Assembly: GCA_963785725.1 (NCBI GenBank)
Contig: CAWAWS010000022.1
Span: 1 to 64,000 of the forward strand
From: an uncultured delta proteobacterium
Lineage (GTDB): Bacteria > Myxococcota_A > Polyangia > Palsa-1104
Length of the DNA: 64,000 nucleotides
Reading direction: 5' to 3'
Shown: positions 12,922 to 23,604 of the stretch, in pieces
Position numbering within the stretch: position 1 is the first letter of the stretch
How the letters are laid out: every line of letters starts with the position of its first letter
Position numbers and translations under genes: made by a program
The notes under the pieces: generated by a model
Database searches by the model: none
Seen by the model: only the letters and a program-made list of their open reading frames with translations
Told to the model about the DNA's origin: nothing

Positions 12922-14991
12922 GTGAGCCACGACGAGCTCGATAAGCTGTGCATCAATACGCTGCGCTTTTTGGCGGTCGACGCCGTGCAGAAGGCCAAGT
13001 CGGGCCATCCCGGCATGGCGCTCGACGCGGCGCCGATGGCCTATCTTTTGGCGACGCGTTTTCTGCGGCGCAATCCGGCCGACCCGAGCTTCATCGACCG
13101 CGACCGCTTCGTGCTGTCGTCGGGTCACGCCTCGGCGCTGCTCTACTCCGTCATGCATTTGACCGGCTACGCGGAGATGACGCTCGAGCAGCTGCAGCGG
13201 TTTCGTCAGTGGGACAGCCTGACGCCGGGGCATCCCGAGAGCCACCTCACGCGCGGCGTCGAGGCGTCGACCGGACCGCTCGGCCAAGGCATCTCCAACG
13301 CCGTCGGCATGGCGCTCGGCGAGGCGCATCTGGAGGCGCGCTACAACCGGCCCGGCCACGCCATCTTCAACCACTTCACCTACGTCTTGGCCGGCGACGG
13401 CGACTTGATGGAGGGCGTGCAGGCCGAAGCGGCGTCGCTCGCCGGCCACTTGAGCCTCGGCAAGCTCATCGTGCTCTACGACTCCAATCGCGTGACGCTC
13501 TCGGGCACGACGTCGCTCACCTTCACCGAGGACGTGGCGGCGCGCTATCGCGCCTACGGCTGGCACGTACAGCACGTGCGCGACGGCAACGACTTGGGCG
13601 CGCTCGCGCACGCCATCGAGATGGCGCGCGAGGCGCAGACGCAGCCGTCGCTCATCCTGGTCAAGACGGTGATCGCCTACGGCTCGCCCGATCTGGCCGG
13701 CTCGTGGCACGCGCACGGCAACCCGCTCGGCGTCGACGAGGTCAAGAAGACCAAGCGCAACCTCGGCTTCCCCGAAGAGCCGGCGTTCTACATTCCGCCG
13801 GCGGCGCTGGCGCATTTTCGGACGGCGCTCGAGCGCGGCAAGACGCTGCAGGAGGGCTGGAACCGCCGCTTCGCCGCTTACGCCAAAGCGTTCCCCGAGC
13901 TGGCGGCCGAAGTGAAACGGCGCTTCAGCGGCGAGCTGCCGAGCGGCTGGGATCGGAAGCTGCCGCAGTTTCCCGCCGACCCGAAGGGCATGGCGACGCG
14001 CAAAGCCTCGGAAGCCGTGCTGCAGGAGCTGGCCAAGACGGTGCCCGAGCTCGTCGGTGGCTCGGCCGACCTCGATCCGTCGACGTTCACCTGGCTCAAA
14101 GAGGACGGCGACTTCGAGTCTCCGTCGCGAGCGCGCGAAGGCGTCGAGGGCACCGTCGGCGGCGGTTGGGGCTACGGCGGACGCAACATCCACTTCGGCG
14201 TGCGCGAGCATGCGATGGGCTCGGCGGTGAACGGGCTCTCCTATCACGGCGGCTTCATCCCGTTCGGCGCGACGTTTCTCGTGTTCGCCGACTACATGCG
14301 GCCGCCCATTCGCCTCTCGGCCATCGCCCAGCTGGGCTCGATTTGGGTCTACACGCACGACAGCATCGCCGTCGGTGAGGACGGGCCGACGCACGAGCCG
14401 GTCGAGCAGCTGGCCAGCCTGCGCGCCATTCCCGGCCTGACGGTGCTGCGGCCCGGCGACGCCAACGAGACGCGCTGCGCCTGGCAGGTGGCGCTCGAGA
14501 GCCGCGGCGCGCCGACGGTGCTCATGCTGTCGCGGCAGGCGATGCCGACGCTCGATCGCGCGCTCCTGGCGCCGGCCGAGGGGCTGCGCCGCGGCGCCTA
14601 CGTGCTCAATCCGGCGGTCGACGATCCCGACCTCATTCTCATCGCCACCGGGTCGGAGGTCGGGCTCATCGTCGCCGCCGAGCCGATCCTGCGCGAGCGC
14701 GGACGGCGCGTGCGGCTGGTGTCGATGCCGTCGTGGGAGCTGTTCGAGCGGCAGAGCGTCGACTATCGTCAGAGCGTGCTTCCGCCGGCGGTCAAGGCGC
14801 GGCTCGCCGTCGAGGCGGCGCGATCGTTCGGCTGGGAGCGCTGGGTCGGCGACGCCGGCGCCAGCCTCTGCGTCGACCGCTTCGGCATGTCGGCGCCGGG
14901 CGACATCGTCATGAAGGAGTACGGCTTCACCGTCGAGAACGTCGTCACGCAGGCGCTCGCGCTCGGCGGCGCCGTCGCGAAGAAGGCCTAA
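12922..14991 (+). CDS. tkt: transketolase
   Basis: [40 protein letters not shown] before GTG 12922. Confidence 0.95.
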   Translation: MSHDELDKLCINTLRFLAVDAVQKAKSGHPGMALDAAPMAYLLATRFLRRNPADPSFIDRDRFVLSSGHASALLYSVMHLTGYAEMTLEQLQRFRQWDSLTPGHPESHLTRGVEASTGPLGQGISNAVGMALGEAHLEARYNRPGHAIFNHFTYVLAGDGDLMEGVQAEAASLAGHLSLGKLIVLYDSNRVTLSGTTSLTFTEDVAARYRAYGWHVQHVRDGNDLGALAHAIEMAREAQTQPSLILVKTVIAYGSPDLAGSWHAHGNPLGVDEVKKTKRNLGFPEEPAFYIPPAALAHFRTALERGKTLQEGWNRRFAAYAKAFPELAAEVKRRFSGELPSGWDRKLPQFPADPKGMATRKASEAVLQELAKTVPELVGGSADLDPSTFTWLKEDGDFESPSRAREGVEGTVGGGWGYGGRNIHFGVREHAMGSAVNGLSYHGGFIPFGATFLVFADYMRPPIRLSAIAQLGSIWVYTHDSIAVGEDGPTHEPVEQLASLRAIPGLTVLRPGDANETRCAWQVALESRGAPTVLMLSRQAMPTLDRALLAPAEGLRRGAYVLNPAVDDPDLILIATGSEVGLIVAAEPILRERGRRVRLVSMPSWELFERQSVDYRQSVLPPAVKARLAVEAARSFGWERWVGDAGASLCVDRFGMSAPGDIVMKEYGFTVENVVTQALALGGAVAKKA

Positions 14992-15073
14992 CGCCACCGC
15001 CACGCCACGAGCCGCCGCCTCCACGCGACGCCGCGCCGTCGAGGCCAGCCGACGCGTCGCTCGGCATCGAGAG

Positions 15074-15495
15074 AATCGCCTGTCGGGTGAGCGCCCCGCT
15101 TGTTCTGCGCGCCCGCGGCTCCATAGCTCTAACGATGCGTTTCCCGTCGCTGAAGAGGTGCGGAACATTCTTTCCGTCGTGGCTCTTGTGCACGCTCGTC
15201 GGCGTCCTCATGGCCATCGCCGCGCACCAGCTCGTCCGCGCGACCCAGCTCGGCGAGCAGCTGCGATCGGCGCTGCATGTGACGACGAGCACGATCGCGC
15301 CCGGTGGCGGCGCGCCGGCCGGCCGCCACGGCGTGCTCGTCGACCGCGTGCGGAGCCGGCGCCGCCGCTACCAAGTGCTCAAGGAACGACCTGGCCACGC
15401 GCACCGCAGCGACGAGCGCATCAGGAGCGCACGCGAGAGCGACGACGCCGGCCCAGGAATCGGCGTTCGCCGGCGCGCGCGCGGCTGACCGCAGG
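15074..15495 (+). pseudogene. collapsed remnant of a second ytcA...TolC operon (upstream region plus ytcA 5' part joined to decayed TolC 3' end)
   Basis: MRFPSLKRCGTFFPSWLLCTL (ATG 15135) matches ytcA at 5247; ATACSSTA...KCSRNDLAT...QESAFAGA matches ATAFMQTA...KSYVNGLAT...KEQAFADA of 8490-10007. Confidence 0.75.
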
Positions 15496-15634
15496 TCGGG
15501 CGACGCCGGCTGGGGACGCGTGCGTCGGCCTGGTGTGAATCGGATCGCGAGATGTCGAGCGCTCGGTGTGGTCGCCGCTGACGACGGCGCTGGCGATGCC
15601 ACCCACGCTCCGCTTACCAAGGCGCCGGTGATGC

Positions 15635-16759
15635 ATGGCGGACGCGGGAGAAGTCACGGTCGCTCGGCTCGACGACGCGAGCGTGATCGTGCGGGTCACG
15701 GGTCGCTGGCGGATGGCCGCCGGCCTGCCGGGCGCGATCGGCGTCGAGCGCGCCATCGCCGGCCCGCCGGTCGCCGAGCGCGTCGCCTTCGACGCCACGG
15801 CGCTGACCTCGTGGGACACGTCGCTCTTGGTGCTCGCCGAGCGCGTGCTCGAGCGCTGCCGCCAGCACGGCGTCGCCAGCGACACGAGCGGCCTGCCCGA
15901 CGGTCTGCGCCGCCTGCTCGCGCTCGCGGCCGCGGCGCCCGGTCAAGCGCCGCCGCCGGAGCCGCCGCCGCCGCGACCGCTGGCGCGCCTCGGCCAGCGC
16001 GGGCTCGCGCGGGTCGACGCGCTCCTGCAGCTGCTCCGCTTCATCGGTGAGCTGGCGTTCTCGCTGGCGCATCTGGTCATGGCGCGCGCCCGCGTGCGCA
16101 CGGTCGACATCCTCGGCGAGATCGAGGCGGCCGGAGCCGGCTCGTTGGTGATCGTCGCCGTCGTGAGCTTCCTGCTCGGCATGATCCTGGCCTTCGTCGG
16201 CGACGTGACGCTGCGTCCCTTCGGCGCTTCGATCTACGTGGCCAACGTCGTCACCGTCGCCATGGTGCGCGAGCTCGGCCCGGTCATGACCGCGATCGTG
16301 ATGGCCGGCCGCACCGGCTCCGCCTACGCCGCGCAGCTCGGCACGATGAAGGTGACGCAAGAGATCGACGCGCTGACGACGATGGCGCTGCCGCCCAACG
16401 AGTTCCTGGTGCTGCCGCGCGTGCTGGCACTGTCGCTGATGATGCCGGTGCTCGTCATCTACGCCGACTTCATCGCGCTCACCGGCGGCGCCGTGGTCGC
16501 CGGCGCCAGCGGCAGCGTCAGCGAGTATGCCCGCCAGTCGGCCGGCGCCATTGGCCTCACGACGTTCTGGGTCGGCCTCGGCAAGAGCGCCGTCTTCGGC
16601 GTCATCGTCGCCGTCTGCGGCTGCATCCAAGGCCTGCGCGCCAGCCACAGCGCCGCCGCCGTCGGCGACGCCGCGACCCAGGCCGTCGTCACGTCGATCA
16701 TCTGGATCATCGCCATCGACGGCGTCTTCGCGCTGCTGCTCTACATCGTGGGGATTTGA
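15635..16759 (+). CDS. mlaE: MlaE-family ABC permease with N-terminal STAS-like domain
   Basis: VRELGPVMTAIVMAGRTGSAYAAQLGTMKVTQEIDAL. Confidence 0.9.
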   Translation: MADAGEVTVARLDDASVIVRVTGRWRMAAGLPGAIGVERAIAGPPVAERVAFDATALTSWDTSLLVLAERVLERCRQHGVASDTSGLPDGLRRLLALAAAAPGQAPPPEPPPPRPLARLGQRGLARVDALLQLLRFIGELAFSLAHLVMARARVRTVDILGEIEAAGAGSLVIVAVVSFLLGMILAFVGDVTLRPFGASIYVANVVTVAMVRELGPVMTAIVMAGRTGSAYAAQLGTMKVTQEIDALTTMALPPNEFLVLPRVLALSLMMPVLVIYADFIALTGGAVVAGASGSVSEYARQSAGAIGLTTFWVGLGKSAVFGVIVAVCGCIQGLRASHSAAAVGDAATQAVVTSIIWIIAIDGVFALLLYIVGI

Positions 16760-17538
16760 TGGCCGAGCACGAGCAAATCGCGGTCGAGAAGCTGACGCTG
16801 GCCTACGGCGACTTCGTCGTGCTGCGCGACCTCACGTTCCACGTCGACCGCGGCGCCATCTTCTTCATCATGGGCGGCAGCGGCTGCGGCAAGTCGACGC
16901 TCATGCGCGCGCTCATCGGCCTGCAGCAGCCGTCGGCGGGCGCCATCTTCTACGAAGGCGACGACTTTCTCCGCCAGGACGACGCGCAGCGCGAGCTGAC
17001 GCTGCGCCGCTTCGGCGTGCTCTATCAGTCGAGCGGCCTGTTCTCGTCGATGACGGTGGCCGAGAACGTCGGCTTGCCGCTCGCCGAGTTCACGCAGCTG
17101 TCGGCGGCCGAGGTGCGCGAGGTGGCGTCGGTCAAGCTGGCGCTCGTCGGTCTGGCCGGCTTCGAGGACTTCTATCCCGGGCAGCTCTCGGGCGGCATGC
17201 AAAAGCGCGCCGGCCTCGCCCGCGCCATGGCGCTCGATCCCGAGATCCTCTTTCTCGACGAGCCATCCGCCGGGCTCGACCCGATCTCGGCGCGCCACCT
17301 CGACGAGCTCATCGTCGAGCTGCGCGACAGCCTGGGCAGCACCTTCGTCATCGTGTCGCACGAGCTGGCCAGCATCCTCGGCGTCGGCGACGCGTCGATC
17401 TTCCTCGATCCGGCGGTGCGCGGCATCGGCGCCAGCGGGCCGCCGCGCGAGCTCTTGGCTCACCCGCCGCACGAGCGCGTCCGGGAGTTCCTGACGCGCG
17501 CCGGATCACTTCCGCACGAGGGGCAAGCGCATGGCTAA
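16759..17538 (+). CDS. mlaF: MlaF-family ABC ATPase
   Basis: GGSGCGKS, LSGGMQKR, FLDEPSAGLDP, VSHEL. Confidence 0.9.
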   Translation: MAEHEQIAVEKLTLAYGDFVVLRDLTFHVDRGAIFFIMGGSGCGKSTLMRALIGLQQPSAGAIFYEGDDFLRQDDAQRELTLRRFGVLYQSSGLFSSMTVAENVGLPLAEFTQLSAAEVREVASVKLALVGLAGFEDFYPGQLSGGMQKRAGLARAMALDPEILFLDEPSAGLDPISARHLDELIVELRDSLGSTFVIVSHELASILGVGDASIFLDPAVRGIGASGPPRELLAHPPHERVREFLTRAGSLPHEGQAHG

Positions 17539-18382
17539 GCGACCGAATGCAACCGTCGTCGGCGCCTTCATCCTCGGCGGCGCGCTGCTCGTCGTCGCCG
17601 CCGTGGCCATCTGGGGCTCGGGCCGGCTGTTCGAGCGCCGCTACCGCTACGTCTGCTACTTCCCGGGCTCGGTCAACGGGCTCAAGGTGGGCGCCGCCGT
17701 CAAATACCGCGGCGTCCTCATCGGGCAAGTGGTGGCGATGCGCATCCGCTACCTGCAGCCGCTCGCCGATTCGCGCATCCCCGTCTTCATCGAGGTGAGC
17801 GGCAAGCGCGTGCACGAGCTGGGCGGCTCCGGCGATCCCGAGCCCAAGCTGGTCAACGAGCTGATCCGCGACGGGCTGCGCGCGCGCCTCGACAGCGAGA
17901 GCATCCTGACCGGCCAGCTCTACGTGAACCTCGACCTGTTTCCGGAGACGCCGATCGTGCTCGTCCACCCCAATGGCTTTCCCGAGGTGCCGACGATTCC
18001 GACGCGGCTCGAGGAGGCGACCAAGGCGCTCTCGGGCCTGCTGGCGCAGCTCAAGGACGCCGACATCGCCGGCGTCGCGCACTCGCTGGCGGCCACCGTC
18101 GACGGCATCGACCGGCTCATCAGCACGCCCAGCATCGCGCGCACGCTCGCCGAGCTGCCGTCGACGGTGGGCTCGGTGCGCAAGCTGGTCCAAGATCTCG
18201 ACGTCAACACCGGCAAGGTCGGCGAAGGCCTGCAGTCGACGCTGGCCGCGCGCGGGCCGCTGCTCAGCGAGCTGCAGCGGGCGATCGTCGACGTGCAGCA
18301 CGCCGCCGAGGCGGTGCGCGCGCTGGCGGAGTTCCTGCAGCGCAACCCCAACGCGATCATCGTGGGAAAGAAGCGGCCATGA
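17531..18382 (+). CDS. MlaD/MCE-domain protein
   Basis: N-terminal TM (VGAFILGG), SVNGLKVGAAVKYRGV, C-terminal LQRNPNAIIVGK. Confidence 0.88.
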   Translation: MAKRPNATVVGAFILGGALLVVAAVAIWGSGRLFERRYRYVCYFPGSVNGLKVGAAVKYRGVLIGQVVAMRIRYLQPLADSRIPVFIEVSGKRVHELGGSGDPEPKLVNELIRDGLRARLDSESILTGQLYVNLDLFPETPIVLVHPNGFPEVPTIPTRLEEATKALSGLLAQLKDADIAGVAHSLAATVDGIDRLISTPSIARTLAELPSTVGSVRKLVQDLDVNTGKVGEGLQSTLAARGPLLSELQRAIVDVQHAAEAVRALAEFLQRNPNAIIVGKKRP

Positions 18383-18990
18383 AGCCGCACGCGCTCCGCT
18401 TGGTCGTGCTCTGCGCGCTGGCGCTGCGGCTCCTGCCCGGCTGCTCCTTCTTGAAGGCGCGCTCCGATCCGACCCGCTATTACGTGCTCACGAGCGCCGA
18501 GCCCAAAGTGCCGGCGACGGCGATTCCGGTGGTCATCGGCGTCGAGCACCTCGAGCTGCCGGAATACCTCTTGCGCGCCGAGCTGGTGACGCGCACGGCG
18601 TCGAACCAGCTGGCGATCGCCGAGTACGATCGCTGGGGCGAGCCGCTCAAGGACGGCTTTGCGCGCACGCTGCGGCGCGACCTCGAGAATCAGCTGGGCG
18701 CCGGGCACGTCGTCGCGGCGCCGTTCGATCCGACGAACCGCCCGCCGCTCACGGTCGACCTCGAGGTGCGACGGTTCGAGCGCGTCGGCAACGCGGACGC
18801 GGAGCTCGAGGCGCGCTGGACGATCCGCGACGGCAAGAGCGGCGCGACGTTGGTGACGCGCGACTCGCGCCAGCGCGTCCCGCTCGCGGGAACGGACGCG
18901 ACGGCGACGGTGGTGGCGCTGTCGCGCGCGCTGGCCGCGTTCGCCGACGAGATCGGCGCGGCGGTGATCGAGCAGACGAAGCGGCCGTAA
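18379..18990 (+). CDS. PqiC-family auxiliary lipoprotein
   Basis: LPGC lipobox, YYVL, LPEYL, RWGEPL, LEARWTI. Confidence 0.85.
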   Translation: MKPHALRLVVLCALALRLLPGCSFLKARSDPTRYYVLTSAEPKVPATAIPVVIGVEHLELPEYLLRAELVTRTASNQLAIAEYDRWGEPLKDGFARTLRRDLENQLGAGHVVAAPFDPTNRPPLTVDLEVRRFERVGNADAELEARWTIRDGKSGATLVTRDSRQRVPLAGTDATATVVALSRALAAFADEIGAAVIEQTKRP

Positions 18991-19015
18991 AAAAGCCCGT
19001 CACGTCGCCAGTCGG

Positions 19016-19912
19016 TCAGCGCGCGATCTTGTTCTTGGCCAAAAAAGCTTCGATGCGGCTCGCAATCTCCTCGCCATGCGTCTCCAGCGCGAAGTGCCCG
19101 GTGTCGAGCAGGTGCGTCTCGACGTTCTTCAGATCGCGCTGATACGGCGCCGCGCCTTCGGGCGGGAAGATGAAGTCGTTCTTGCCCCACGTGATCAGCG
19201 TCGGTGGCTGCCGTTGCCGGAAGAAGGCCTGGAACTCCGGGTAGAGCGGGACGTTCGTGCGGTAGTCGAAGAAGAGGTCCATCTGGATCTCGCGATTACC
19301 GGGACGATCGAGGCCGATCTGATCGAGCATCCACGTCGTCGGATCGAGCAGCGTCTTGTCGCTCACGCCGTTCTCGTATTGCCAGCGGGTCGATTTCGCA
19401 TCGACGAGGACGTGCAGCGCCGCGCGATTCTCGATGGTCGCCTCCTTCCAGTATTTCTTGATCGGATCCCAGAACTCGCGCAGGCCCTCTTCGTAGGCGT
19501 TGCCGTTCTGCACGATGAGCGCCTGCACGCGCTCGGGACGCCGCAGCGCCAACCGATAGCCAACCGGCGCACCGTAGTCCATCAAGTAGAGCGAATATTT
19601 GTGCAGCTCGATGCGCTCGGTGAGCTGCTCGACGAGCTTGGCGTAACGCTCGAACGTGTACGGAAAGTTCGCGTGGTCGGGCATGCTGCTCTGCCCGAAC
19701 CCGGGATAATCGGGCGCGACGACGCGAAAGGCGCCCGCCAGTCGCGGAATCAAGTTGCGAAACATGTTCGACGAGGTCGGAAAGCCGTGCAGCAGCAAGA
19801 GGCCGGGCGCGTTTGGCGGACCGGCGTCGCGATAGAAGATGTCGAGGTCATCGATGCGTGCCGTCTTGTAACGAACCGGGTAGCGCTTGTTGTCCGAGCG
19901 GTCGCTGGCCAT
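19016..19912 (-). CDS. alpha/beta fold hydrolase (epoxide hydrolase/dehalogenase-like)
   Basis: LLLHGFPTSS, PDYPGFG, MDYGAPVG, WGKND, DTGHFALETH. Confidence 0.9.
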   Translation of the reverse strand: MASDRSDNKRYPVRYKTARIDDLDIFYRDAGPPNAPGLLLLHGFPTSSNMFRNLIPRLAGAFRVVAPDYPGFGQSSMPDHANFPYTFERYAKLVEQLTERIELHKYSLYLMDYGAPVGYRLALRRPERVQALIVQNGNAYEEGLREFWDPIKKYWKEATIENRAALHVLVDAKSTRWQYENGVSDKTLLDPTTWMLDQIGLDRPGNREIQMDLFFDYRTNVPLYPEFQAFFRQRQPPTLITWGKNDFIFPPEGAAPYQRDLKNVETHLLDTGHFALETHGEEIASRIEAFLAKNKIAR

Positions 19913-20211
19913 GTCGTCCTCCCCACGGTCGTGACCGACCGTCGCAATTGCGGCGGCGTCCACGGCCTGTGATCTCGACGTTAGGTCGCTCGGCAGTGCG
20001 CGAAATCCCCGCGCGACGATTCACGCCGCGCGACCGCGCCCGACAGCCGAGCGTTCGACGGAACAGCGGCGCGGCGAACGCGGCGGCCTCGCGCCCGCGC
20101 GCGCCGGCGCCGGCCACAGGCGATAACCGACCGATTAACCAACCGAATTTCGATTATTGCTACACCTCGCGTGATCCTGGCTCCTCTCTGTGCCCAACGG
20201 GAGGGGCGCGC

Positions 20212-21172
20212 ATGTTCGGAAAAGAGCGAAGGCTGTTCTCGAGCGCATTCATGGCTGCCGCGGCGACGGTCGTGCTGGCCGGCTGCACGACGAGCCGCGA
20301 CTCGGCGGCCAGTCCGCCGGACCTCGGCCAAGCGCGCGCCGGGCGCGCATCCGATCTCGGCGGCAGCGACGGCGCCGACCTCGGCGGCGGCCCGAGCGGC
20401 GGCGCGGATCTCGGCGGCGCCGACGCTCGCCGGCGCCGACCTCGCCGGCATGACGCCCGGCGGGCCCATCATCGACGGCGGCAGCGCCGGTCTCGACCCG
20501 AACGTCGCGCCCGGCGGCAACTTCGCGCTCGCCGGCTGGCAGCTGCAGCTGCCGAGCGGCACGACCGGCATGCCCGACATCATCCTCGGACCGCAGCTCG
20601 CCGGCGCTGGCGGCTTTACGAGCCTTTACTTTTATACCGACAAGAGCGACGGCGCGATGACCTTCATGGACCCCACGACCGGCGTCACGACGACCGGCTC
20701 GGCGCATCCGCGCAGCGAGCTGCGCGAAGTGACGGCCGGCTGGTCGACCGCGGGGACGAACATCGAGACGGTCACGCTGGCCGTCACGGAAGTGCCGGAC
20801 CACGTCACCATCGGCCAGATCTTCCAGGCCGCGCCGGCGCCCAGTAAGCCCTTGTTGGAGCTCCAATACGTCAAGGGTGGGACGCTGCAAGTGCTGCTCG
20901 AAGACACCAACCAAGGCGGCACCTCGAAGCTTCATCCCGTCGGCAGCGTGGTCGACGGCGCGAAGCTCACCTATGCGCTGTCGCTCACGGGCACGACGAT
21001 CGAGGTGACGATCAACGGCAAGGCGAGCAGCTTCAGCTTACCGTCGAGCTTCGTCGGCGAGTCGTTCTACTTCAAATGCGGCGACTACGATCAGACCGCA
21101 GTCGCCGGCACGCCGGGCACGACGCCGGGGACGGTCGTCAAGGTGTATGCGCTGGCGGTCGTCCACCAATGA
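20212..21172 (+). CDS. polysaccharide lyase family 7 lipoprotein; one frameshift near 20425
   Basis: VLAGC lipobox and DL-repeat linker in one frame; WQLQLP, PRSELRE, GQIF, YFKCGDYDQ in the next frame. Confidence 0.78.
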
Positions 21173-22679
21173 CCGGCGTCGGCTCAGGCGCGCGCAGGTA
21201 CAGCATCGACGGACGGATGCGTAAGCCGGTGCGCGTGCCGAGGCCGGTCCGGCCGGCCAGGAGGTCGCCGGCGAATCGGTAGCGCGCGTAGACGCGGCCG
21301 TCGAACGAGAAGGCCGCGGCGCGCGTGTCGTCGAGGATGGCGCTGAAGCGGCCGCTGCCGAGCGCACGCACGAGGTCCTCGCGCAGGACGCGCTCGGTGG
21401 GTGCGTCGCTGGAGCGCAGGATGTCGGACACGGCCATGCCTTGCGCGTGGGTCGGCTTGCCGGCGAGCGTGGCCAGGTAGCCGTGGTTGGGCAGGTAGAC
21501 CTCGCCGTCGATGCGGCGCAGGCGGGCGATGACGTCGTCGCCGGCGGCGACGTCGGCGGCCGTCATCAGCTGCGACTTGACGTCGTAGCGCAGGCGCCAG
21601 AGCTCGTGACCGATCACGACGAGGCCGACCAGCGCCAGCGCCGGTCGCCACAGCGCGCGCGTGTCGAGCGCCCGATCGAAGGCGCGGACGACGAGCCCCA
21701 CGCCGAGCCCGAGGCCGAGCGCGAGACCGGCGAAGCCGGGCATGAGGACGTTGCTGGCCGCGCCCGAGTGCATCATCGACGACGTGGAGGCCGCGAGCGT
21801 CGCCACGAGCAGCACGAGCGCGAAGGCGCCCTGCCGGCGATCGCGGCCGAGCGGCGCCAGCACACCGACGAGCGCCACCGCGGCGAACGGCTGCGCCACC
21901 ATCTCCTTCCAGATGACCTGCCAGCCGTCGAGCCACAGCCGATGATGGCCGGGCAGCGTGATCGTGTAATAGACGTACCAGCGGCCACTGCGCGCCAGAA
22001 AGTAGGCGCTGGCCAGCGCCACGACCGTGGCTGCGGCGGTCGCGACGATCGCCGCAGGCCGCCAGCCGCGCGCCCAGCACGCCCACAGCACGAGCGGCGC
22101 CGCCACCAGCAGCATCGTCTGCTTGGTCAGGCAGGCGAGGCCGAAGAGCGCGCCGGCGACGGCGAGGGCGCGCGGGGTCGTGTGCCAGCGCGAAAGCCAC
22201 GCGCCGCCGAGGAGCAGCGCCAGCGCCAGCGAGTCGACGCGCGCGAGCTCGAACCAATAGCCCGAGAGCGGATAGGTCGCGGCGTAGAAGCCGGCGGCGG
22301 CGAGCCCGGCGGCGCGGCTGCCGCTCTCGCGCCGCACGAGCGCGTAGAGCAGCGCGAAGGTGGCCAGCGTCGACGCGAGCGAGACCAGCCGCAAGGGCTG
22401 GAGGCTCAGCCCCGTGAACAGCGAGGCGGCCGCGCTGACGTAATAATAGAACGGCGTATAGATATAGGGGACGAAGTCGATTCCGGGCGCGACGTAGATC
22501 GGCTTGCCGGCCAAGATGCGCGCCACGTGGTCGACGGCGCCGCCCTCCATCCATTCGATCTCGAATGGATAAGACAGACGATTGAGCGCGATATAGACAT
22601 AAGCGAAAATGAATGCGAGAGCGGCCGCTGCCAATAGCCACGGCAAGGATCGCAGCGCGCGTGAAATGAGCCCGTTCAA
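21138..22679 (-). CDS. GT-C fold multi-TM glycosyltransferase (ArnT/PMT-like)
   Basis: EWMEG, YTPFYY, RLVS, ARVDSL, LTKQT; many TM segments. Confidence 0.72.
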   Translation of the reverse strand: MNGLISRALRSLPWLLAAAALAFIFAYVYIALNRLSYPFEIEWMEGGAVDHVARILAGKPIYVAPGIDFVPYIYTPFYYYVSAAASLFTGLSLQPLRLVSLASTLATFALLYALVRRESGSRAAGLAAAGFYAATYPLSGYWFELARVDSLALALLLGGAWLSRWHTTPRALAVAGALFGLACLTKQTMLLVAAPLVLWACWARGWRPAAIVATAAATVVALASAYFLARSGRWYVYYTITLPGHHRLWLDGWQVIWKEMVAQPFAAVALVGVLAPLGRDRRQGAFALVLLVATLAASTSSMMHSGAASNVLMPGFAGLALGLGLGVGLVVRAFDRALDTRALWRPALALVGLVVIGHELWRLRYDVKSQLMTAADVAAGDDVIARLRRIDGEVYLPNHGYLATLAGKPTHAQGMAVSDILRSSDAPTERVLREDLVRALGSGRFSAILDDTRAAAFSFDGRVYARYRFAGDLLAGRTGLGTRTGLRIRPSMLYLRAPEPTPVIGGRPPAHTP

Positions 22680-22835
22680 GCGCGCTCATCATCGCAGGGA
22701 GCATGCGCAGGCCGCCATGGAAATAGTGTTCGGCTCGGCCGGCAGCGGCACCGACGAAGGCGCGAGCACGGCAAAGGAGTCGCCGCTGATGCCAGCGCGC
22801 TGCGCCACGTGAGCAACGAATGGTCTCGCAACGGA

Positions 22836-23492
22836 TCAACCAGACGTGTCTTCGAGCACCGCGACGAGAACGGGTTGCTCCGAGGATGGTTGGAGCACCA
22901 GACGCGAGCGCTCCCCACGATACGACAGGTTGTCGCCGGCGCCCTCCTCGATGTCGCGACGCACGCGGCCGGCGCACGCGACGCGATCACCGGCTGCGAC
23001 GATGAGCTCGCGACCCCATACGATGCGACTGAAAGCACTGTCGGCGACGCCATGCTCCCGCAGCAGTGCCTCGAGGCGCGGATGAAGGCGACGCGAGAAG
23101 CCCCCGATGCCGCGCGTGCTGCCGCGAATGTCAAATCGCGCGCCACCCTGTACTCGGGCAGCGGCCAGATCTATGGCGACGACGCCACTGGCGTCGCGGA
23201 CACGAGCTTCCTGTCCATCCTCGATCCGAACGTTCCGAGCGAAAGGCGATTGCACATCGATCTCGACGCGCCAGTACGCGCAGGTGCGTCCGGTGAGCGG
23301 CGCGGTCAGCGCAGCCAGCGAGGTTTCGACGGCGCCCTCGATTCGAACGCCGCGATCGGGCGGAGCGTCCGCAATGCGCAAAAGTGGTAGGCGACGCAGC
23401 GCGCGCTGTGTCGCGGTCGGCCTGGCGAGAAACCCGACGAGCCCGAGAACTGCCGCGATGCAGCCGATGGTAGGAAGGATGGCCGGGTCCAC
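22836..23492 (-). CDS. membrane-anchored hypothetical protein, GIDE-domain-like
   Basis: N-terminal TM then VRIEGAV...LTAPLTGRTCAYWRV...VRDASG...GDRVACAG; start GTG inferred. Confidence 0.5.
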   Translation of the reverse strand: MDPAILPTIGCIAAVLGLVGFLARPTATQRALRRLPLLRIADAPPDRGVRIEGAVETSLAALTAPLTGRTCAYWRVEIDVQSPFARNVRIEDGQEARVRDASGVVAIDLAAARVQGGARFDIRGSTRGIGGFSRRLHPRLEALLREHGVADSAFSRIVWGRELIVAAGDRVACAGRVRRDIEEGAGDNLSYRGERSRLVLQPSSEQPVLVAVLEDTSG

Positions 23493-23604
23493 GCATCGCG
23501 AAGGATACGTCAGATCTGTCTGTTGCCGACGAGCTTGGCGCCTTGACGGACCGCATTCGATGACGCGCATGCGGGTTCCTCGCGCCGCGGTCGGCCGCGG
23601 ATCG

